This document shows, piece by piece, positions 57,545 through 64,000 of a DNA stretch of 64,000 nt; within the stretch, counting starts at the first letter, position 1; each line of letters opens with the position of its first letter. The notes under the pieces were generated by a model that had not been told where the DNA came from, made no database searches, and worked only from the letters and a program-made list of their open reading frames with translations. This stretch comes from Giardia intestinalis (taxonomy: Eukaryota), in NCBI GenBank assembly GCA_000002435.2, contig CM018789.1. One strand, given 5' to 3'. The position numbers and the translations under genes are program-made.

Positions 57545-59302
57545 CTAACGCTTGTCTGCTGGTTTCTCTACGTCCTGCGCTCGAGCCAGCCGTTTGAGCT
57601 TGCGCATCGAATAAATCCAGACCCCGATACTAACCACTCCCGACAAAATATCATTGAACGTGAAGCTGAGTATGCAAAGGCGGTAGCGGAGCCAGACATC
57701 TTCGGGGATGTACTTGAATGAGACATAATAGATAATAATGAAACAGGCGGGGAGAATAAAAACTTGGGTGGCCACCCCCACTAGCAATCCGATTAGAATC
57801 ATATTGCATGCCTGGCAAATGGTTGTAATGATAAACTGAAACGGGAGTATTGCGGACGTGGCTAGCATTATTCTTACTATCTGAGTAGACATCATGGTGT
57901 ATAGCTCAGACGTGCTAAAGATCTGGGAGAACCACGGGATTATTATGATAAATAGCACCCCTAGTAGCAGAAGCAGAACACTGTCATAAATAAAGCAACT
58001 CCAGGTAAGCGAGATGAATCTATCATACAGCTTGCGCCCATAGGCGTAGGAGGCGGGAGCTAGATATCCTCCCGTCACCCCAAAGCTTATGGCAACAACG
58101 AGGTTGTAGATACGATTGAGACAGGCCCATGAGGCCATAACCTCCTCGTAGGTTTGCTTCTCGTTGCCATTTGGATTGCGATTTGCGTAGTCAGTCGCCA
58201 ACTTGGAGACAAAGGTACTCACGATGCCTAAGATGACTGTTCCACTCAGCGAGCTTATAAGGTCAATGCATCCAACTCCAAGGATCGCCTTGACATATGC
58301 AAAGGTGCGGTTTTGATGCAGCAATCTCCAATCCATTCGCACGTTTCCTCGGAAAATGTAGACATACAGATAGATAAGGCAAACAAGGGTTCGCGATAGA
58401 ACAATCGCTAAACTTGCTCCCCGAACACCCAGACTGGCATTTGTGGCGGGAACAAAGAGAAAGATGGGAGCAAAAACCCCCAGCGTAAGTACAACATCAA
58501 TGATGTTGCATATACTGACAAGCTTTACGTTCCCCGTTCCGGACATGATTCCGTTGAGCGTGAAATTGAGAGCAGTTATTGGTATTCCACATATGAACAC
58601 AAAGATGTAGTCATAAGCTATAGATATTATATCAGAGGAGTGCTCGCTGCTCGCCAGTGAAAGGAGGATTTGCCGTGCTGAGGGAAGCATGATGATAAGC
58701 ATGAGAATGCCGAAGATGAGCGCCATGGTCACAGCGTTAATGGCAGCTGTCCGGGCCCCGATGATGTCACCCTTCCCAAGAGAGCCGCTGACCGTGGCCG
58801 ATGACCCTATCAGCAAGGCCCACGCTATGGAGTTGGCAATGAACTCAGGAACCGCAGCTATTGTTAATGCAGCGACAGCCGCGTTGGAATTTAAAAGAGC
58901 TTTAGAGACATAGACTGATAAAACAATCGAAACCAGCGAGGTGAAAATATTAGACAGAAGGGGGCCCAACGAGAGACTTAGTAGGGTAACACATGGAGAT
59001 TTGGCACCGAGGCGTTTATACTCAATGGTGTCCTTATCATCTGCGTCTACGTTATTGACAAGTGTGGCATTGGAGGGCGATCTATTGCAGTTGTCTTCGG
59101 GGAAGATGGGGAGAGATACCGTTGGCAGGAGCTCAGAAGTGCTACCAAAGGTTGTTTGCGACCTGAACTGGGTAAGCTCTTTCGTGGTGATAGTGGGGCT
59201 TCCAAACTGTTCTTGAGACAGGGCCATCTCACTGCCCTTGGCTGCGGCAAGTGCTGATGGTGCTGCCTTACTGGGACTGGCATCCACCACGTGAGTAGAC
59301 AT
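57545..59302 (-). CDS. MATE (multidrug and toxic compound extrusion) family transporter, ~12 TM
   Basis: LGPLLSNIFTSLVSIVLSVYVSKAL...AALTIAAVPEFIANSIAWALLIGSSATVSGSLGKGDIIGARTAAINAVTMALIFGIL fits the first MATE repeat (P.L.SN...S...VG..G...LAA..L.....G.SQ..G..........). Hydrophobic periodicity throughout. Confidence 0.5.
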   Translation of the reverse strand: MSTHVVDASPSKAAPSALAAAKGSEMALSQEQFGSPTITTKELTQFRSQTTFGSTSELLPTVSLPIFPEDNCNRSPSNATLVNNVDADDKDTIEYKRLGAKSPCVTLLSLSLGPLLSNIFTSLVSIVLSVYVSKALLNSNAAVAALTIAAVPEFIANSIAWALLIGSSATVSGSLGKGDIIGARTAAINAVTMALIFGILMLIIMLPSARQILLSLASSEHSSDIISIAYDYIFVFICGIPITALNFTLNGIMSGTGNVKLVSICNIIDVVLTLGVFAPIFLFVPATNASLGVRGASLAIVLSRTLVCLIYLYVYIFRGNVRMDWRLLHQNRTFAYVKAILGVGCIDLISSLSGTVILGIVSTFVSKLATDYANRNPNGNEKQTYEEVMASWACLNRIYNLVVAISFGVTGGYLAPASYAYGRKLYDRFISLTWSCFIYDSVLLLLLGVLFIIIIPWFSQIFSTSELYTMMSTQIVRIMLATSAILPFQFIITTICQACNMILIGLLVGVATQVFILPACFIIIYYVSFKYIPEDVWLRYRLCILSFTFNDILSGVVSIGVWIYSMRKLKRLARAQDVEKPADKR

Positions 59303-59456
59303 CTGGGTAGCTCTATAAGTTCAATTTTTAAGCAACACTTTCACTCGCCACACCTCTTATTTGTCATGACAAACCGCTCATCCATCACATCATGTCGTTA
59401 TTTTCATAGTGATTCTGTTAGAAATGATTGGAAAGTTGATGGAGGAATTTACAACT

Positions 59457-61415
59457 TCATCTGGATTTGTGTGAATTTGCAAACTTTTCACACATTTGGA
59501 CAAGATGCCGGCTATAACTGCAGTTCAGCACCTCAGGAGAGGTAAGAACCCTCTGAGATATGGTCCTCTTTTGCTCGTCTGTGGCACCAATAAATGCCTT
59601 CTGCACAACATAATTCCCAAATTTGTCCATGGCCGAGGAAAGAAAACTGCTGCTGGCCATAAGGTTTTCGGTGATAAGCGTGCGCATCCTTCTACTACCG
59701 TACTTGAGGCACTTTTCGACGGCGTGGGAGGAAAACTTCTGATTGACGAGAGATCCCTCGTGCCCCAAAATGGGTCTGATCAGGTCGTCTGCCGAGATCA
59801 AACCGCATAAACCGTTGTTTGCTTTCTCTAGCGAATACTGAAATACATAATTCCCGAAGCGATCGACTATAAGCTCCATAACGTGATTCTTGATGGCTGT
59901 GACAATCTGTACACGCTGCGCCTCACTGCAGAGATCCAGGCAGCGCTGTATGATGCAACAGCCGTGTTGGTGGGTGCCTACAAGCACGAGCTCCCGGATT
60001 ATCTGGTCATATATAAAGGTACAATCCTTCGGCGCAAAGGTCTCAATACAGCGCTGCACACAGTGATTGCCATTGATGTCTACGATTAGCTTTATAATTC
60101 TGTCACCTGCTCCAAGTTGTTGGGCAATTATGGCCTTTTCCTCGTCTGAAGAGACACGCTCAAACAGCTTCTGAATAGACCGGGTTCCATGCAGATTTTG
60201 GCAAATGTCAAAGAGGGAATCCTGAATGAGAAGTAGAATCCTTAGCCTCTGACTTGCATCAGAACTTTCAATGATCTTCTGAAAGCAGTAGTTACCCGAG
60301 GGATGGATTAGCAGACTCTCCATTAGGGACGGAGTACTATACTCAGCAATAAAGACGTCCAGCAAATAACGAGACTTGTCGGGAAAGTCAGCCAAATACT
60401 GCTGGAGGATCTTGCACCCGGTGGGTTCCTTGAATGAAAGAACTAACTTTCGTTCGTAGTCGTTCGTAGGAAGGTCTGGCTGAGGAGCGATAGGCTCATT
60501 GGAAAAGACAGTAGTGGTCGAGTTGTGGGTGTCTGAAAGAGCCGAGTGGGTCAGAGTAAATGAAAGAGGACAGGGCCTCATAGTAGTTATCCTTTGTGGT
60601 GTGGTCTGTGATAGATCCACAGAGCATGTGGCCGAGCGAGTCGGCACTGGGCTCTGCATACCGAAAATAGGGCTTGAGCAGCAGGAGGTTCGGTCTGTGT
60701 CTGCGTCCAGTGAGTATGGGAGAACATGTGGCGCATGCACAGTGTCCTGCATGTAGGGGAAGACTTCAGAGGGGAACTTCGTGTATGTGTCAAGTGCCAT
60801 GGGCGCAGGCGGCGACAGGATTGGAAAGGAAAGATGGGGTGCCTCATATGAGGTGGGGGTAGCTATTGGAATGTATGAGATCAGTGCGGGATGGAGAGGA
60901 GGATTGGTGCAGAGCGGAGTAAAGCCATTGGTGTCCACTGGATAAGGAATAGCCGGCAAGACCCCGTTGGCGCCACACGGGATGGGGTCACGCTGCACAT
61001 GCGCTGGCTGATGGGGCTCGCTATAGTAATCGACCCCGGAACTGGGCTGAATCATAGGGCTAGAGTATGGGACGCTATTATAGCAGAAGGGGGGCGTTGC
61101 CAATTTAAAGGTGTGTGGATCTGTTTGTTCAATAGGAGTAAGGCGTGCAGAGTCATTAAATTGCAACTCTCCGTCGCAAGACACCCCTATTCGTGGTATT
61201 GCTTCTAATTCCTCACACTGATTGATGCGGCCGTCACCCAAAAACGCTCCATTTTGTCGGGTTAAACCTGGAGGGAGAATAGGGGTTTGGCGTTCACACC
61301 AGACCTGTGGCCCGGGATCGTAGCCTTGCCAGACGGAACTACTGTCCCCGTCTTTGCGAGAACTTCCCTGCACATTCATTGTTACACACAGTGAATGCTT
61401 CGGTAAAAGTGTCAT
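59457..61415 (-). CDS. Pumilio-family (PUF) RNA-binding protein
   Basis: PUF repeat cores FGNYVVQKAF, GNHCVQRCIE, HQHGCCIIQRCLD, FGNYVFQYSLE and HGTRSIQKLFE in the C-terminal half. Ser/Pro/Thr-rich N-terminal half. Confidence 0.7.
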   Translation of the reverse strand: MTLLPKHSLCVTMNVQGSSRKDGDSSSVWQGYDPGPQVWCERQTPILPPGLTRQNGAFLGDGRINQCEELEAIPRIGVSCDGELQFNDSARLTPIEQTDPHTFKLATPPFCYNSVPYSSPMIQPSSGVDYYSEPHQPAHVQRDPIPCGANGVLPAIPYPVDTNGFTPLCTNPPLHPALISYIPIATPTSYEAPHLSFPILSPPAPMALDTYTKFPSEVFPYMQDTVHAPHVLPYSLDADTDRTSCCSSPIFGMQSPVPTRSATCSVDLSQTTPQRITTMRPCPLSFTLTHSALSDTHNSTTTVFSNEPIAPQPDLPTNDYERKLVLSFKEPTGCKILQQYLADFPDKSRYLLDVFIAEYSTPSLMESLLIHPSGNYCFQKIIESSDASQRLRILLLIQDSLFDICQNLHGTRSIQKLFERVSSDEEKAIIAQQLGAGDRIIKLIVDINGNHCVQRCIETFAPKDCTFIYDQIIRELVLVGTHQHGCCIIQRCLDLCSEAQRVQIVTAIKNHVMELIVDRFGNYVFQYSLEKANNGLCGLISADDLIRPILGHEGSLVNQKFSSHAVEKCLKYGSRRMRTLITENLMASSSFLSSAMDKFGNYVVQKAFIGATDEQKRTISQRVLTSPEVLNCSYSRHLVQMCEKFANSHKSR

Positions 61416-61586
61416 TTTAGGCTTTTATTGTCCGCCAGACTCAACACTACGATCCGGCCTAATCCGATGGAGAAGGGCGTCAATCACTTGAGTGGCGCAC
61501 GAGGACGTAATACATGTATTGTATTTACACCAGTAGCTCGGGGGGCCGATTGCAGACCATAACCTGTAAGCAGGTGATGGAACGGG

Positions 61587-64000
61587 CTATTGAAGAAAAA
61601 GCGCTTTCATGGCCACAGCTATCTTTATTCGGATTTCGCGAGAATCACTAACAATCAGGCTTATGCAGAGATTGAATAGGGTTTTTCGTTGAGACGCTAT
61701 CTGCTCCCATCGCAGGCTTGCAAGACTAGTGAGTGCAGCCCCAACAACGATAACCATGTTCTCGTGTGCACGTGACTGTGAAGACTCTGCCTTTTCCAAA
61801 AGGTCTGTGTAGACTTGAAGCACTTCAATGATCTTAGTCAACACAACCTGGTCTATGGCGCTATCTCCGTTCATGCGCGAGCCTGCTATGAAGAGCCCGA
61901 CTAGCAAGGTATTCTCATCATCAGCTCCAGAGAACTTACTTTTCTGAATCAATTCAATCATAGTAATTAGACGAAAAATCAATCCACGCAAGTGCTCCAA
62001 TTCTATGCCCTGTGCTACTTGTTCTAAATGTTCATAGAGCCGTGCATAGGTATTAATTAAATGGGAGATATAATCGTATATGCCTATGTAACTTCCGGAT
62101 GATCCGCTAGACGCCCCATCACCTCCTTTCTGCTGCCCCTCTGCCACTAGGGACTGCCTGGCTTTTGTGTTCTCTACCCAACTTTCCACAGCGTCTACAA
62201 GACTGGTCATGAACTTCAGAGCCTGTGCAGGACTGGTGTACCCCATGGCGTGCACAATCTCTAACTCCAGACTCTCCCCGCCAGAGATTTGAATCTGCCG
62301 CTCTATAAGGATGCTTAGTATGTCGCACAAATACGATGTAAGAATTTTGTAGAAGGTGAGTATGGTGCGGCTCCCAGTCGTAAATATAACGTTCTCCAGT
62401 CCATAGAGGACCACACTATATATGGCGGTGCTCATCCGCTGATCCAGAAGATAATCAAGAAGTGTATCAAGCACTGTGTGGTACCCACAGCCAGAATCCT
62501 CACAGATCTGCAAGCGCGTGCTTTCTAGAACTAGAACAGGCTCACCCTTCTGCCTGATCTTCAACAAATTCTTTAGGATAGGGATTCTTTTGCCAGGATC
62601 ATGGTTTGTTAGCACGTAAAGGTTGCTGGCGTTACATGCACAAAGCGACATTCGAGGTTCAGCCTTGGTTCGCGCAGAAATAGAGGACAGTAGTGACCCC
62701 ACAACAACCTCTTTCAAGATCATCATCGGAGTTATTTTCAAGTGGTTGCAAGGGGTGAGTTGACCTTTCATAAGTTTCCCCACGAATTCGCGCAGTAAGT
62801 TAATGGCAATATGTCTGGCCGCTTCAGCACTATCCAGGCTCAGCTCAGAAAGAATCCCTACAGTAGCTATAAAGGAGTGTGCATAAGGATTTCCAACAGA
62901 TAAGGTCGCCAGGTCATCTGCGTAGTTAGAATCACAATGTGTTAGAGACGCTCCTGCTGAATCAACCTGTGAAAAGGAGCATGCCATGTATTCATAGGCG
63001 AGATAAATGAGCCTGGTGAACGTACCCATAGACGAAGTGGCGATATTTGAGTCTATCTGCTGTTGTGATAATGCATAGCTCATCCGGACACAGGCCGAAA
63101 TAAGTGTCTTCTGCTTCTCAAGTAGATCCAGTATCCGTTTAGCGATAGAGTCGCAGCGACTGATGAGAAAGTTCAGCCTGCCTAAGTCATCCTCCATATT
63201 CTGAGGTAGTTGCGCAAGAGGTTGCAAAGGAGATCGAGACGGCGATGTACTTCTTAGTGCAGAGATGGACGGAGTGACCAATACTGAGGACTCTGTCTTG
63301 AAGTCCAAGGAGTCTGTTGATTGAAGGCTCTGTTCAGACTGTGAAAGGGGGTCGCCGGATTGGACTGAGGAACTCACAACACCCTTAACGGCGCCTTTCC
63401 GCAAAGACACTCGTGTGACGGTTATCTCTACTGCGCGTGCGATGTCCTCGATTGTGGAGGTTGACGTGTAGAGACTATCAGAAACGGAGTACAATAACTG
63501 CAGCTCCTCTAAAAAGTTAAGGACCAGATCTATCACCTGAATATATGGAGTCTTTTCGAGCAAACTTATCATCGGTTTCATAAGTGCTCGTTGAAGGGCG
63601 GAGTCATTCAGAGACACATTTGAAGAAGTCACGGACGATGCGTCAGACGTTATACTATCGTCTAGAAGCGGCGCCTTTGGCGGTACCTTCAACGACTTGA
63701 TACGCGAGCGTGAACGCATGTGTTGACTCTTCCCCTGAGCAACCTCCAGAGACTTTGATGGCTGCACTGACAGACTAGAGTGCTGCTTAAATCTTGCAAA
63801 ATACGTTCTGATCACTGATTGGTGAGACCCAAGGCAGAGTATCACTAAGCTTTCATCCGGGTTGCTATAAGCATCGGAGAGCATGGGCTGTATCTCCGAG
63901 AAAGTCTTCTTCAATCGATCAAGAGAATTCTTTGCAATTCCCTCAAGGACATAGAGACCCTTCTTAAGGTAATAGGCTGCGCGTTCTTTGTCGCTGCATA
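61587..64000 (-). CDS. Hypothetical protein, 5' partial (reading frame open to the window end)
   Basis: The track start at 63914 is TTG. Translating upstream to nt 64000 gives ...CSDKERAAYYLKKGLYVLEGIAKNSLDRLKKTFSEIQPMLS with no stop, so the gene probably begins beyond the window. The first in-window ATG (63879) lacks an AT-rich initiator. Confidence 0.5.
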   Translation of the reverse strand, partial: CSDKERAAYYLKKGLYVLEGIAKNSLDRLKKTFSEIQPMLSDAYSNPDESLVILCLGSHQSVIRTYFARFKQHSSLSVQPSKSLEVAQGKSQHMRSRSRIKSLKVPPKAPLLDDSITSDASSVTSSNVSLNDSALQRALMKPMISLLEKTPYIQVIDLVLNFLEELQLLYSVSDSLYTSTSTIEDIARAVEITVTRVSLRKGAVKGVVSSSVQSGDPLSQSEQSLQSTDSLDFKTESSVLVTPSISALRSTSPSRSPLQPLAQLPQNMEDDLGRLNFLISRCDSIAKRILDLLEKQKTLISACVRMSYALSQQQIDSNIATSSMGTFTRLIYLAYEYMACSFSQVDSAGASLTHCDSNYADDLATLSVGNPYAHSFIATVGILSELSLDSAEAARHIAINLLREFVGKLMKGQLTPCNHLKITPMMILKEVVVGSLLSSISARTKAEPRMSLCACNASNLYVLTNHDPGKRIPILKNLLKIRQKGEPVLVLESTRLQICEDSGCGYHTVLDTLLDYLLDQRMSTAIYSVVLYGLENVIFTTGSRTILTFYKILTSYLCDILSILIERQIQISGGESLELEIVHAMGYTSPAQALKFMTSLVDAVESWVENTKARQSLVAEGQQKGGDGASSGSSGSYIGIYDYISHLINTYARLYEHLEQVAQGIELEHLRGLIFRLITMIELIQKSKFSGADDENTLLVGLFIAGSRMNGDSAIDQVVLTKIIEVLQVYTDLLEKAESSQSRAHENMVIVVGAALTSLASLRWEQIASQRKTLFNLCISLIVSDSREIRIKIAVAMKALFLQ

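Noticed and set aside
1-64000. Prokaryotic features (operons, CRISPR arrays, defence islands, Shine-Dalgarno-led ORFs)
   Set aside because: Gene content (kinesin, serpin, PUF, SRPK, USP, 40S/60S eukaryotic ribosomal proteins), AT-rich initiators and AGTRAAY poly(A) motifs indicate a eukaryotic protist chromosome. No direct-repeat/spacer array seen.
1-64000. tRNA / rRNA genes and mobile elements
   Set aside because: The longer intergenic regions (3199-4011, 13125-13733, 46247-46579) show no cloverleaf-compatible GTTCGA T-loop or acceptor-stem pairing, and no similarity to rRNA 5' ends. No LTR/TIR structures or reverse-transcriptase or transposase ORFs.

Overview
This 64-kb window reads as a gene-dense, intron-poor protist nuclear chromosome segment, most consistent with a diplomonad (Giardia-like) genome. 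The evidence is ~50% GC, long uninterrupted ORFs on both strands, and intergenic spacers often under 150 bp. ATG starts are immediately preceded by short AT-rich initiators, and AGTRAAY-type poly(A) motifs lie 15-45 nt downstream of several stop codons. The window also holds a 1299-aa CxxC-rich type I 'high-cysteine membrane protein' and a NEK-like kinase fragment fused to ankyrin repeats. I call about 33 protein-coding genes. Confident homology calls are kinesin-2, ribosomal proteins S16 and P1, prolidase, UFD1, a Mrd1/RBM19-like multi-RRM protein, an SRPK-like kinase, a serpin, a Pumilio protein, an FCP1-like phosphatase, a USP deubiquitinase (5' truncated by the window edge), a MATE transporter, a RING protein and a Utp21/WDR36-like WD40 protein. 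The rest are hypothetical, several of them large with low-complexity regions. No rRNA, tRNA, CRISPR or transposon was recognised. The most system-like observation is a co-oriented tandem array of three large paralogous genes (33417-43207) whose N-termini resemble the SAPS domain of PP6/Sit4 phosphatase regulatory subunits. Other points worth follow-up are an apparently frameshifted NEK-frag/ankyrin pseudogene, a NudC-like zinc-ribbon protein with a catalytically dead Nudix box, and an ORF-free GC-rich island (candidate ncRNA) in an unusually long convergent intergenic region. Several Q/Y/G-rich prion-like low-complexity proteins are also present. The supplied ORF track begins several ORFs at TTG/GTG codons; I re-set those starts to the first in-frame ATG.
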